A DNA stretch of 64,000 bases from Octopus sinensis (GCF_006345805.1 NC_043000.1:146258001-146322000), one strand, 5' to 3'; shown: positions 1 through 13,417, counted from the stretch's first letter. Notes: generated by a model from the letters alone, not told the origin. Made by a program: numbers and translations.

Positions 1-108
1 TGAGATGGTATGTACTTGGGATACAATGAAGGAAAATATAAGTGACCAGCAGCCTGCCAACAACAGTAGTAAAATTTGTAGTAGCAGCAATAAAAACGAT
101 AGGAAAAT

Positions 109-109
<1 letters not shown>

Positions 110-155
<46 letters not shown>

Positions 156-177
156 GCTACCGCTGCTGCTGTTACTA
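110..177. repeat. (TAC)n/(TGC)n trinucleotide microsatellite
   Basis: Direct run of ctactacta...; explains the poly-Tyr ORF 5..217. Confidence 0.95.
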
Positions 178-1296
178 CATAAAAATTACCCAATCGACGA
201 GAACATATACATCATAAAAATTTAGAACACGCAGAATATATACTGATTTCCCAAGCGACAAAGCGAGTTAATAGTATTCAAAAATGCAGAGAAATATACA
301 AATATTGAAGGAGCCACTTACGTGCTTCTCTCCAAAATCAAGAATGACGAGCTTATAGGAAGAATAGCAGTGTGATACACATGAGACGAAAAACTGTGGA
401 TATCATTTCGTTTTTAAGTAGTTGGCACAAATATTTCGAGGTACCGCTAAAATATCGCTAAAACTCTTGCCAATCCAGGCGATCGATGGATTACGTGAAT
501 TGGCAGAGATTTTCGGAAGGGTATGGATTTCAAGATATGAACTGTTTCACAGGTCTTAGATAGTAGGTTGGCAGTGGGGACGGTATCTTCAGGTCCAATA
601 AAAATTCATATCGCCGCTGACGAAGATTGCTCAAACATCTTCAAGCACCTAGAAATACCTTATACTCAGAAAAGGCCCTGCTCAAATTACTAGACGAATA
701 GAACGGAATTTTGATCGCCTGGACATAAGCTAAAGCAAAGACTGAAGCAATTTTTTTCAATTATCTCTCAAATTAGTTACAAAAACGATATGGACATTGC
801 ACTTAATTTAATGTATTATTTTATTGAGTTTTGCAAATAACGACACTAGATTTATATTTGCCTTCAAACTTCTATGTTCATTCTACTAAGTCGCATCTAT
901 TCTTTGTGATCAAGGGAATGGACTACACTACTTCATCGTAAATTAGTAGTCCCATGATTATGTGGAAAATATTATTTTTCATAATTTTCTTTACATTTCA
1001 CTGTTTCACAAGAGTTTGTAAATTAAATAACGCACCTGATAGTGTTGTGGACTACTAGCCGACTTGTTCGTTTTTATTCTATGAAGAAGTTTTACCCATC
1101 TTTAAACTTTCAGCATTGAAGCTGTATATTTTCGATATATAGACTCCACAATTTACGTGATATTAAACTTTATTTTGTCATTTTCCCGGAAATATTGTAG
1201 CTACTTTTGAGATCTGATAAATGTAGGCAATTTTCTATAGAGCAAGATTGCAGAAATTTCGAACCGTCCAGTTATTGATCAATCATGCAGTTTCAC

Positions 1297-1696
1297 AAGG
1301 TGGTGAGCTGGCAGAAACGTTAGCACGCCGGACGGACTGCTTATCGGTATTTCGTCTGCTGCTACGTTCTGAGTTCAAATTCCGGCGAGGTCGACTTTGC
1401 CTTTCATCCTTTCGGGGTCTATTAAATAAGTAGCAGTTACGCTCTGGGGTCGATATAATCGACTTAATCCGTTAGTCTGTCCTTGTTTGTCCTCTCTGTG
1501 TTTAGCCCCTTGTGGGTAGTAAGGAAATAGGTATTCCGTCTGTCTTTACGTTCTGAGTTCAAATTCCACCGAGGTTGACTTTGCCTTTCATCGTTTCGAG
1601 GTCAATAAATTAAGTACTAGTTGCGTACTGGAGTCGATCTAATCGACTGGAACCCTCCCCAAAAATGTCGGACCTTGTGCCTAGAATAGAAAAGAA
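1297..1696 (+). mobile_element. tRNA-headed SINE family A, head plus two body units
   Basis: Head aaggtggtgagctggcagaaacgttagcacgcc, B-box-like gagttcaaattcc, central gactttgcctttcatcctttcgggg, tail gtttagccccttgtgggtagtaaggaaatag; second body unit from about 1530. Confidence 0.9.
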
Positions 1697-3124
1697 AGGA
1701 CTCATGTAGCTTCGCACCCCGTTCGAATCTGCTTAGCGAAGCTATGACTGCTGAGTGTAAGAATTTACGTAGCTTCGTTGTTCAAATATTATTTTTAAAC
1801 GTGAATTTTGAAATAAACACCTAACTTCTTGTCGTAATAAACTGCTTACTAAATACAAGACAAAAAGCTAATTTGATGTAAGCGACCTCATGAAAATAAC
1901 AGACGAATTTTATTCAAATCACACACGGTGTTTTAAAATATAGGACGAGTTTTATGCTCAGAATCATTATCTAAAAATATAAAACACGAAATTATTATTG
2001 TTGGAAATCCTTTGGATCGTAGGGATCTTCATTAGAGTCTATTTGAGATTAAACAACAATATATATGATGTAGACAGTAATAAATGAACATCATACTAAT
2101 ATTTCTTTTCACAAGACAAATGGCTTATCAGCTACCTGGTGTATTTTTTATTGCTAATTCTATTCTTGGTCTACAGTTTTGTTGGGTTGGAAATATTTTA
2201 ATGCCCTTTCAGTGTTCCTTCATTCATTTAGATATGATCATCGATATTATACCGAATCATTCACGGCATATAATAAATCGACCTGATATAATCTCCTAAG
2301 CTGTTATATTTAAATGTGTGTTACTATGTGTCTTTAAACGGAACATGGACTTATATGTGTAATGTGTACATAATTGTTCATACATTAGTTTATGAATGTG
2401 TCTGCGGTTATATTATGATTCGACGAGCAAAAAAGATTACAAAATATGATAAACTGATAAAACAAATACTTAAAGTAAGAACCGAATCAATAAAAACTAT
2501 TGCAACAATTAAGATAAATTAAATAGATAGAAATGTATATTCAAATGGCAAATAAAATATGGTTTCAGTGATTTATTTTTCAAATACTCGTCTTTCTGAG
2601 ATTTCTCATTGGTTTACGGCGTAAGCAACTGATTTTGGTTTTATGTTTTGCAAAAGCATGAGATTGCCAGGATTTCTTTTTTCCTTTTCTTTAACTTTTC
2701 TTGTTTTTATAGCGTGCAGTAAATTTTTATCTCCATATATAATGTGGGATGCGTTGCAAAGATGTTTATGGTTCATTTGGAATGAGATAGATATTGTTTA
2801 CTCTTCTGAGGGAGGGATTAAATTGTAGGATGTTATATTAGTTTCATCATATCATTGTAATCTATTATCTTTGTATAATAATATTACTATTATGATGAAT
2901 ATTACCATTATTAACAATCGCATTATATTTATTAATATTATTACCTTTTTTTCAGATTATCATAACATGCTACTAACACTATTGTTACAGTTGATCTTTT
3001 TGCTAGTATTTATATGACCAAAGTTGATATCGTCTCAATATTAATATAATCAAACGTGTATGTATACTTGGTATGAAGCACAAGATTAATATCCATAGAT
3101 ATGCACACACGAACAAGTATCTTT

Positions 3125-3523
3125 AATTATGGCCGACTAAAGCTTTAAGTGTGGATTTGGTAGACGAAAACTGAAAGAAATCCGTCGTCTATATATGTAC
3201 GTGTGTGTGTGCGTATGCATGTGTGTGTGCGTGTGCATGTGTGTGCGCGTGTGCATTTGCGTGTGTACATGTGCATGTGTGTGTGTGGTGTGTGTGTGCG
3301 TGTGTTTGTCTGAGTCTGTGACTGCATCTGTATTTGTTCCCACCCCACCTCCACTGCATATCAGCCTGTGCTGGCGTATGCAAGTGCCCCGTAGCAGTGG
3401 TTAAGGTTTTAAAAATTAAATACTAGGGCGATTCTTTCGACTAAATTCTCCAATTCGCCCCTCCCCCCATAGCTGCAGTCTAATAACTGAAACAAATAAA
3501 AGATAAAAGATAAAAGATAAAAG
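3125..3523 (+). mobile_element. SINE family B, old 5'-truncated copy with internal (TG)n
   Basis: gtggatttggtagacgaaaactgaaagaaatccgtcg, then microsatellite, then tail tgaaacaaataaaagataaaag; matches the 24121 copy. Confidence 0.75.
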
Positions 3524-4085
3524 GGGATTATTGGTTTCATAATGCAAATTACATAATCAGCAAATTACTGCCAAATCTTCAGATACGTGTAATTAATAAA
3601 GTAATACTATTGAAAGGAAAGCGTATCAGTAGAAATCAAATCGCGAATGTATCCAATCTCCTAGTGAGATGCACGATAGAGATGTTAGAAGGAAAACGAA
3701 CAAACAACAGAGTAAGATGAGACAGACAGGAGAAAATGTGTTATCAGAAGGTTATGAAATAGATGTGGCGGATAGATTTTGTTTCTTCCTATCCATTCTG
3801 TCCCTTTGATCTACATTAAGGAAAGACTGATGTAAAATTTGGCGAGATGTGCATGAAGTGTGGTCAACTGTGTATTGTAGATTTTTTATCCGAGCAGATG
3901 TAAACTTTTAATAAATGCATATGCATACATGTATAATACAGCCATGTACACAGAAACACGCACACATGCACAAACGTACGTATATGCGTATATCTTTATA
4001 CATGTCTGTATGTGTGAGTGTGTGTGTGTGTTTATATATATATATGTTTTAGGGGATGTATTAATTTGACTGATATTTTATACAT

Positions 4086-4117
4086 TATATATATATATAT
4101 ATAATATATATATATAT

Positions 4118-4203
<86 letters not shown>
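4086..4203. repeat. (TA)n microsatellite
   Basis: About 115 bp TA run. Confidence 0.95.
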
Positions 4204-4206
<3 letters not shown>

Positions 4207-4256
4207 TGAGCTGGCAGAAACGTTATCACGCCGGGCGAAATGCGTAGCCGTATTTC
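4204..4256 (+). mobile_element. SINE family A 5' head fragment
   Basis: aggtgagctggcagaaacgttatcacgccgggcgaaatgcgtagccgtatttc, cut off by the palindrome that follows. Confidence 0.85.
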
Positions 4257-4448
4257 TATGCCAGCGTGTGTATATAAGAATTTAGTGCGTAATAAGATAA
4301 AAAAAACCAAGGCTGTATAGATATTAGAGCATTTATAGATACAAGGCCTTACAGCTGTAAGACCTTCTATCTACAAATGCTCTAATATACAGACTTGGTT
4401 ATTTTTATCTTCCTACGCAAAAACTTCTTATATATACACGCTGACATA
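4257..4448. repeat. Long imperfect palindrome (fold-back/MITE-like), arms about 90-95 bp centred on cagctg
   Basis: Left arm tatgccagcgtgtgtatataagaa...aaggcctta is the reverse complement of right arm taagaccttctatc...tatatatacacgctgacata. Confidence 0.9.
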
Positions 4449-4568
4449 GAACCAACGTTGAACCCTTTATTTGCAATATTACCGAATCTGGAACTTAACT
4501 ATGGTCTGTCCATAGCACTTATTCAGCATTATCTGACACCTTTGGGTCTCAATGATACCATTATCTCA

Positions 4569-4607
<39 letters not shown>

Positions 4608-4907
4608 GAAGGACCTAAATCCTTCAAACGGATGTTAAACATCCAAGTTCACCGGTTCAATCGAAAGCAAAGAATATATATAAATTTGTTAATTTCTATA
4701 ACGGTACAATAAATAGAGAATAATAAAAGAAAAAATAGAAATGTAGACGTTACTTTATTCCAAGTTGGTATATGTATCCAATAAAAACTCCTCAAGTTCT
4801 TTTAAGACCTAATTAATTCAAGCCAAAACGAAATCCTTTTGAAAACACGAATTAGGCTTTTCTTCGGGAATTCATTATAGGAAATCTATTTTTCCATTCA
4901 TTATTAT

Positions 4908-4950
<43 letters not shown>

Positions 4951-5447
4951 ACTGTACTTTATATATATAGTTCAAATTTACAGTGGCCAAAAGACGAAGA
5001 TCGGTCAGCAGGTGTATTACTTTGACACTCGAGAAGAATGGAAATGTCTTTGACTTTTCGCGCCTTCACTCTTCGCCAGAAAGGGATGAGAGGAACAGAA
5101 CGCTGAGAGAATGAAATATCGGAGAGACAAATACGCATATATATACATATCCACAGTTAACAATAAAAACATAACAAACGTACGACATTACTTCAGCTCC
5201 GACTGTCTCCATCTAAGTCTCTGCTTACTTTTTGTTGTGATGCTGTTCTAGAGGAAGACAAAATGGCAAGAAGACAGAAGAACGATTAAAGAGACACTGA
5301 AGAATACACAAAGACGGATTTTGATGTCACACAAAGGATTCTCGAGTCGCTCGCTAACACACGCTCCTGTGTTCTTCCAAATTTATTCGAAATTTATTTT
5401 TGTTAATATCACTCCTTTTCAACTTCTTTTTATTTTATTTATTTATT

Positions 5448-5858
5448 TACTCATTACTCTTTTACTTGTTTCAGTCATTTGACTGCGGCCATGCTGGAGC
5501 ACCGCCTTTAGTCGAGCAAATCGACCCCGGGACTTATTCTTTGTAAGCCCAGTACTTATTCTATCGGTCTCTTTTACCGAACCGCTAAGTGACGAGGACG
5601 TAAACACACCAGCATCGGTTGTCAAGCAATACTAGGGGGACAACCACAGACACACAAACACATACACACACATATATGTATACATACATATATATGACAG
5701 GCTTCTTTCAGTTTCCGTCTACCAAATCCACTCACAAGGCATTGGTCGGCCCGGGGCTATAGCAGAAGACACTTGCCCAAGATGCCACGCAGTGGGACTG
5801 AACCCGGAACCATGTGGTTGGTAAGCAAGCTACTTACCACACAGCCACTCCTGCGCCT
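5448..5858 (-). mobile_element. SINE family B, full length (tRNA head, CORE-like segment, internal microsatellite)
   Basis: Reverse complement begins ggcgcaggagtggctgtgtggtaagtagc...ggcatcttgggcaagtgtcttc and ends tgactgaaacaagtaaaagagt. Confidence 0.92.
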
Positions 5859-7104
5859 ATTTATTTCTTTATTTTTTTTTTTAATTTTATTTTTTTTTTT
5901 TTTTCTGCTTTAGGGCGTATAAAATATTGTGGTTTCAAATGCACAATATAGCACAAACATTTTTAAGAAGCAATGAACAGTAGTACATTAGGTCTTGCAA
6001 TTGTTCGTTTCGCAGAATACAAGGCTACAGGGTTTACATTCGTACATACTAATCACGCGCGCGCACACATATGCATTCATACGTATGTGCGCGCGCTCGC
6101 ACGTGTATGTATGTATGTATATACATAGTGTGTGCGTATGTATACTTGAAATGCGTACGCATTATACATCTACGACCTAATTTAAAAAAAGACAGATTGA
6201 CAAATGACTCATTCTATTTTTAATATCCGAATCCTTTTAAAGGATTCCGTAGTGAATTAGTATATTTGCCTATCGAATTGATAACTGATGTGTGTTTTGG
6301 TAATATGAGAGAAACCATAATGACACTTAAAAATAAAATACATATCCTAGAAATATCTTCCTTTCTCCGGTTCACACAAGCGAGTGGCAAGGATTAATTT
6401 GTATTGGACAAACATATCCAGTTGTAAAAATAATGATTATTAAGTAGATTGCCTTGTTCCGATATCATTATGTGTACTTATCTCCATGGGGATAGTAAAC
6501 AAAACTTTCTCTTATATTAGTTCAGTTTGCAATAACTGAATATTACCAGCTGAAAACTCAAAAGTCAGGAAGAATAACTGTACACATGTTAAAACATGAA
6601 CGCATGCACACCTACACACACACTATGTACGCATACACAGGATCATGTGTATATTCATACATACATATATTCGTATATACATCCGTATATGCACACACAC
6701 ATATATGGTCAGGTGCTATCCAGTTTTCATTAATATGGTTAATTCATGGTAAACCAGTATCCTTTTCTTTTTATTAGTTTTAGTCTCTTGGCTGCGCTCA
6801 TGCTACCACACGCGCTTCAAGTCTTTTTGTCGGTGATATCGACTCCAGTAAGTGCGGGGTTTTTTTTTTCTATATTGATCTGTTTATCGAAAGTACAAAT
6901 GTATCTTTTGGCCTGAAGAGATTTAAATCTACAAAATGCAACACAGAAATGCCTTTCGGTATTATGTCCGACACACAGATTTTGTACCGATATACAAAAT
7001 AATACATATACATTTGTATGTATAATTATACGAGGCGCATTCAAGGAATTTTTCTTTTTGTGGAGAGACTTATGACTGTCTTAGATTATTGTAATTTTAG
7101 CGGA

Positions 7105-7456
7105 TGGAAGCACTCCGTCGGTTACGACGACGAGGGTTTCGGTTGATCCGATCAACGGAACAGCCTGCTCGTGAAATTAAAGTGTAAGTGGCTGAGCACT
7201 CCACAGACACGTGTACCCTTAACGCAGTTCTCGGGGATATTCAGCGTGACACAGAGAGTGACAAGGTCGGCCCTTTGAAATACAGGTACAACAGAAACAG
7301 GAAGTAAGAGTGAGAGAAAGTTGTGGTGAAAGAGTACAGCAGGGATCACCACCATCCCTGTCGGAGCATCGTGGAGCTTTAGGTGTTTTCGCTCAATAAA
7401 CACTCACAACGCCCGGTCTGGGAATCGAAACCGCGATCCACTGGGCCATTGCGCCT
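7105..7456 (-). mobile_element. SINE family C (tRNA-derived), about 27-bp deletion in the head
   Basis: Near-identical to 54203-54585 but lacks tacgaccgcgagtccgctgccctaacc. Confidence 0.9.
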
Positions 7457-7689
7457 AATTTTAGTATATCATTACTAAACATCTAATAAGCTGACTTGCC
7501 AACATACCCTATTAAATGCTGTCTGTCGCTGCTGACTCATTTGCAGAATGCAGTCGGCGCAAGAAGACAATTTAGAAACTCGCTATGCGTTAAAGTTTTG
7601 TTTTAAAGTGAATAGAAACGCTACAGAATCTTACGATGTTCTACAATTTTTTTTTGTTTTTGTTTTTGCTGAATAATTTGTGTAGGTTT

Positions 7690-8177
7690 TGTTTTTCGCT
7701 GACACAAGAGGCCAGGCAAAGGAAGTCCACCGAGGAGTTTATGATGATACCCTTTTCGACAAGGGCATCATTCACATCCACTGACCAGACGGTCAAAAAT
7801 GTGTACTTTCTGGCGGTTTTGAGAGAGTTAAGGAAGAGATTTTGTCGGAAAAGGTCAGTCTACCTGCATCTGGACCTTTCACTAATCGACATTTCCTTCC
7901 TCATAACCAACTACTTGACAGAGATGGGTACCACAACTGCCTTTCACCATCCCTACTGTCCAGGCCTTCCCTTCTGTAGTTTTGGTTGTCCCTCAAACTG
8001 AACGAGAAGATAAAGGAGGTTGTGAAAAGGGTCCTGGACACTTTTAATTTGGAACACAAAGAGGCTGGGGTCGTACAAGTGGATTAGGTCAGAGTATCTT
8101 ATTTGAAGGTTATTAGTGATTTGTACTTCTTTTAAATTAATAATAACGTTCCCGAGAAAGTCCGGAGTGCACCTCAT
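7690..8177 (+). mobile_element. mariner transposase C-terminal half, decayed, with right-end remnant
   Basis: ARQRKST..MMIPF, QTVKNVYFLAVLRELRKRFCRKR, TNYLTEMGTTTAFHHPYCPGLPFCSF (resembles HPPYSPDLAPCDF). Confidence 0.85.
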
Positions 8178-8779
8178 ATGCACGTCCATGTGTGTGTATG
8201 TATGTGTGTGTGTGTACATGTGCATATTATGCTTGTTTCATTCAAAACCATAAGTTTTTGATTAATGAGTTTGAAACAACATATGCAATGCAGTAGGATT
8301 ATTCTAAAGCGTAGCCACATCGAATCAGCCAACAGTCAAACGGCTGTGTATATATTGTCAGAAATAGAGACAAACAACTTTATGATTTTAATTCGTGGTA
8401 CATACTTAAGTTTAACTATTCCTGTCACTAACAAAGAATTTACTTTCATGTAATTCCCCTGAAATAACATTTTCTCCTCTTTTATTTCTCATCAAACATA
8501 ATAGCTTGTATTTTTACCTTTTCGGGTTAAAAACAATTTATTTATTGTTTAAAGTAAATCACAGTGTGAAAATCCAAATCTAGTTAATGGTTAGTAATCT
8601 GTATTGTATTTATGAAAATTACTTTTCTCCAGTTGTCCGTAATAATCGTGTATGTTAAGTTCATTGAATTCTAGTCAACGTTAAGTATTTTATATCGGTA
8701 GTTTATTTTTTTTCACCATCTGTTACGCACACTTGGATATCGTTATAACTCACTGATACAGCTAATGGACAATTACTGA

Positions 8780-9849
8780 ATTTCAGTATCTATATCGGTA
8801 GTTCTTTCGATCGTCTATTACGCACAGTTAAGTTTCCCAAAGCCACGTATAAACATAGGTCAGGTTAGATCAGGTATGGAGGCATACGCCGTTGCAGCTG
8901 AATCCACTATTTGCTCGACTCTTCCCGGATAACCCTCCGAACAGGGATCCTGTCAGTCCCCATTTCCGCAAAATAGTTTCTCATATGTTCTATCCCTATA
9001 TAAACAGAGACAGCGTAAAAGGAAAGATCAAACAGACGAGTGATCAGTATTATATTAATTCCAGGCTCAGAATGGTGTCTAAATTTCGGAAATTAAAAAC
9101 AAACCCTCCAGATAAATCCAATAGAAAATACTCAATATGTATTGTATTCAGACTTTCAAACTAAACTTTACACTGAATGATAAATTATCATTTCTGCCCT
9201 ACAAAGAAGAAGTGTGCCTTATTCTACGGGGCAAAAAGGACTAGGGAAACGTAAATGCTATAAACAAGATAATGAACAAAATCACAAAATACTTCAGGCC
9301 ATGTCTGAATTTGGAATTAAATATACGCAGATGTTCGTCCCTAATTCTGATTTTAATGAGTCTGTATTTTTCGTTGTTAATAATCTTTGTGTAAGTGATG
9401 AAGTAATTTTACTGCCAAACAAGTGTTGGATTCATCACGAACAAACAAAACCTCCCCGGATGCAATTAACTTCTGATGTGAATAACATTCATATTTCGCT
9501 AGATACAAACAGTTTGATGGATAAAGATATGCCTGAAAACTACTGGTTATCATTTCGTTTTGTTGTCCCTGTTAGCCTATCTTAAATAGCTTTGACAAAA
9601 TGTTATCTTGATTCAAATGCTCTAATTCCATATACGCGTATTGATACGATAGGAGGATACCAACACATACGTATATTGATGCTCGAAAAGACAAATAATA
9701 ATATACAATACCTAACTTCAGCTATATTTCAACATTCAACCTATGGTTCACTTTCAGATGAGAAAAAATCTTTTTCAAAATTATACTATAAAATAATAAA
9801 CTTCGTACGAACATCAACCCAATGGCTTACAATAAACAATTACTTCTAG
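8780..9849 (+). pseudogene. Possible decayed Polinton/Maverick minor capsid (penton)-like coding region
   Basis: ORFs 9214-9585 and 9592-9849 are in frame across one stop; IHISLDTNSLMDKDMPENYWLSFRFVVPVSLS*IALTKC resembles the penton N-terminal pattern; motif recall only. Confidence 0.35.
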
Positions 9850-10969
9850 GGAAAAAAATAAACTATATTATCAGACGACAACAATAGAATCGAAAAAGAA
9901 AAAATTCTATATCTCAAGTAAATGATACTAAAATATTAGATGTGCGTGAGTGTGTGATGAAAAATATAAATGATATGATACAACCCCTTTCAACTTCCAC
10001 GTCACGTTGCTTCTGACTAAGAATTTCTTTGTCAAAACACACCACCTAATCACACAAATAGTACGCTGCCTTCAACAAACATTCTCTAAGCTACTTCTAG
10101 TCACCAACTCCAAAATTCATCCAAACTCGCTCAACAACCAACAGCAAAAAAACTGACACGCATCTATCTGGTCAAATTCCTTGATCCTGTTACTGCGGAA
10201 TAATAGATTTTTTTATAAAAAAACATTACAATTTAACAAACAATTTTCAGATAAGCTCTACATATATTTAAGCATCAGACAAGATCAACTTCCACCCACT
10301 CCTCGTGCCATGGTGTGTCATTGTTTGTGTGTTATGTGTGTATTGTGTGTATACAATGTAATATGTAGGTCGTGGTAGGAATCTTGAGGTTACGAGAAAA
10401 ATCCAGTTGCAGTTACTCACAAACATGCACACATAAGTACAAACAAGTGTGTGTGCGCGCATCTGAGAGAGAGAGAGAGAGTATGCGTCTCTGTTAGATA
10501 TTATCTACTACTAAACATCAAGTGAAACACTGACCTCTGAATGAAATTTGATTTCGGAAAAGTGTGGAAACGTAGTTGTGGTCTGCTTAGATGGACTAAA
10601 GTTAACAAAGAGAAACTGAACATAACTGTCGAATACGCGTGTGATTTGTAGTGTTTTCGGTGATTTAGGAGTTCCTATGGTTTGCAAGTAGTGCGTATTT
10701 CTATCTGTGTACGTGTGGTGATATGTCGTATGAGCAATGGAGTTGCTATGCTTATAAAATAAATATTAATATGATTATGAAGTAGTTTGTTTTGCTCATT
10801 AACAAAGAAAGCAGGATAAGCTCAATTTGACAGCTAGTGTCAATTAAACAGAATAGAAAGGGAGGTCTGGAGGTTTATTTGTAGGCGTTGAGTGCTTATG
10901 AGAAAGGAATTCTTTAGGATATAAAATCGATTTTTGTCCGTCATGATGAGAGTCCAGAACACAGATTCC

Positions 10970-11028
<59 letters not shown>

Positions 11029-11126
11029 GTGTGTGTCTTGGGAGTAGTGTTGTGACTGTGTGTTTGTTGGAAGTAATGTTGTGATTGTGTGAGTGCTGGA
11101 AGTAGTGTTACGATTGTGCGGATTGT
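10970..11126. repeat. (TG)n followed by three copies of a ~29-bp minisatellite
   Basis: Units ggaagtagtgttgtgattgtgtgagtgct at about 11041, 11069 and 11098. Confidence 0.8.
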
Positions 11127-11854
11127 TTGTGAGTGAAGAATTTTAGTGTGTGTAAATTTGTTTTGGGACACAATTAAATTCACCCAGTGGAATAAGGTGA
11201 AGACGTGTTTAAAGATTTATTTATGGAAAGCAATGTGTGTTGAAAAATTATAAGGAGTAGGTACTTCATAGAGTAACTCAAAACCATATGTTTGCTTATT
11301 TCTAGAAGCAGTGATAGAAAGAAAGAAAAAGAGAGAAGAAATGGAGGTAGGAAGGGGTGAAACTATAGCAGAATGGTGATTCACATAGATCATTAAGTGA
11401 AGATATTGATTCAAACGATTGTAAGCTCACAAATACGGGGAGACATTATAAACTCTAGCAGGCGCATACATGTGAATGATTTGATATTTAGATAAATCTC
11501 CGCATATTTATATAAACTTACACATACATAGACAAACACACATACACATGTCAATATATGTTTTTCGCGTTGGCGCATGCATGAGGAAGTAGACTCAAGA
11601 ATCTGCAGATAGATGCATGTATATAAAATAATGAAGGTTCACACATGCAAATCTTTTATTATTAATACATAACAGTACAAAGGCAGATACATTATTTTAT
11701 ATGTGTGCTTCTTTGTATGCATATATACCTATATAAGTGTGTGTATGCATACATATATAGATAGATATTTAGATAGGTAGATAGATAGATAAATAGATGC
11801 ATTGGTATAGATATATACACATATATATATATACATACATACACACACACACAC

Positions 11855-11899
<45 letters not shown>

Positions 11900-11939
11900 C
11901 ATATAAAAATAATCCTCCACCTAACCTAAGATTGAAGCA

Positions 11940-12335
11940 GTTTGAAGACGATCTCTGGACTATCGTGAAGAAATTCCATCGTTTAAGGAATAAACAATAT
12001 AAACTGAGAAATTCACAACATTGATAGGATACTTGTTCAATGAATTAAGAAAACATATACACACTTACCAAGAATTACTACCTAGAATTGCTTAGGAAAG
12101 AAATACAAAAGAATTATAGGATATCTAGTAAAAGTGCTATCAGAAAAAGCCATCCTTGAGGCTAAGAATATTACAGAGAAGAATGACATACAGAACTTGT
12201 TGATATTAAACAACCTTGTTTTATTTTAAAAGACAACAAACCAAATTCTGTTAATAGCCCAACCTTACGACTTATTTGTCCTTGTAGTTCTGATATATGT
12301 GTACTTCGTAAAGCTGTTCTAGATAAATACAGAGG
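11940..12335 (+). mobile_element. Penelope-like element ORF fragment (RT N-terminal region), decayed
   Basis: FEDDLWTIVKK; YYLELLRKEIQKNY; CFILKDNKPNSVNSPTLRLICPCSSD (PLE pattern FITLKDHKxNFxNNPxCRLINP). Confidence 0.8.
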
Positions 12336-12344
12336 TTGAACCAA

Positions 12345-13008
12345 ATAGTGGAAACACCTAGCATCATAGTATTATAATTTTGAAATATACATATAAAACC
12401 GTCAAAAGCGTGTTTATTTTTTATATGCTTTTTTTAATTTATTATTAGTACTATTTAATATTGAAAAGGTTGCAAGACTCAACGAAAATTTGAGGAAAAT
12501 AAAAATAAGAAATAAGTGGAAATTTAACCGGTGAGTGTGTTATATTATAAGGCACAAAAAGAAAATGACTCTCCCCAGACAAAACAGAATATGCTTCAAC
12601 ACACGAACTCATATAAAGAATCTTGCAAACCAAATCCCAAAACAAAATATTACTTAATATGTTTTGCTGAAATTGCTGTTTCATTTCAGATATCATCAGA
12701 AAAAGGTAATTAAAATTCATTAAAATAACACATCTATCGGACATTCGAAGAGATCAAATTGTTAGTGCTCGTATGGCAGGCACTAGCGTAACGAAAACAG
12801 CCGAAATTTTGGTGTATCAAGAAGTACTGTCTCGAAAGTAATGACAGCCTTTGAGAATGAGGGTAAAACCTCCTCGTTGAAACAATACTCCAGAAGAAAA
12901 CCAAAACTTTTAGATAGGGAACGCCGGACGCTTACGCGAATTGTTAGAAAGGATCACAAAAGTACAGCTCCCAAAATTACTGCAGATCTTAATGAGCACA
13001 TCGAAAAT
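12345..13008 (+). mobile_element. Tc1-family transposon 5' part with transposase N-terminal DNA-binding domain
   Basis: LSDIRRDQIVSARMAGTSVTKTAE/GVSRSTVSKVMTAFENEGKTSSLKQYSRRKPKLLDRERRTLTRIVRKDHKSTAPKITADLNEH. Confidence 0.88.
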
Positions 13009-13328
13009 ATATATAAATTTAAAAGATTAAGGGTGAAAAATTGAATATTAATTTAATTAATATCAATTTAAAACCAGTGGTCTATCATATTCAAACATCT
13101 GAAGTTTCAGAAAAAAATTATATTACATATTAAATATATATATATACAGCGAGATGTATATATATATATACATTTAGGGGCAGGATAAAGTCACATACTA
13201 TAGGAGTTGATTAATAATGTTTTAAATGTCTAATTTGTTCTGATATTTGTTCATGCATAATTATACTTTTAATAAATTATTGATATAGTGGGCGACTTTT
13301 GCCTCAACCTGAATATAAAGAAAGAAAG

Positions 13329-13355
13329 AGATAGATAGATAGATAGATAGATAGA

Positions 13356-13415
<60 letters not shown>
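13329..13415. repeat. (GATA)n-(GA)n compound microsatellite
   Basis: Direct reading. Confidence 0.95.

Positions 13416-13417
<2 letters not shown>

Noticed and set aside
1707-1744. 9-bp stem tagcttcgc/gcgaagcta with gttcgaatc in the loop, resembling a tRNA T-loop
   Set aside because: No cloverleaf or A box; too short to call a tRNA or ncRNA
2084-2522. Two in-frame ORFs with a hydrophobic start
   Set aside because: Separated by a stop, AT-rich, no recognisable domain or splice support
4610-4800. Possible hammerhead remnants (gaaggacctaaatccttcaaac; minus-strand ttgagga...gtaacgtc)
   Set aside because: Too many core positions missing to support a call
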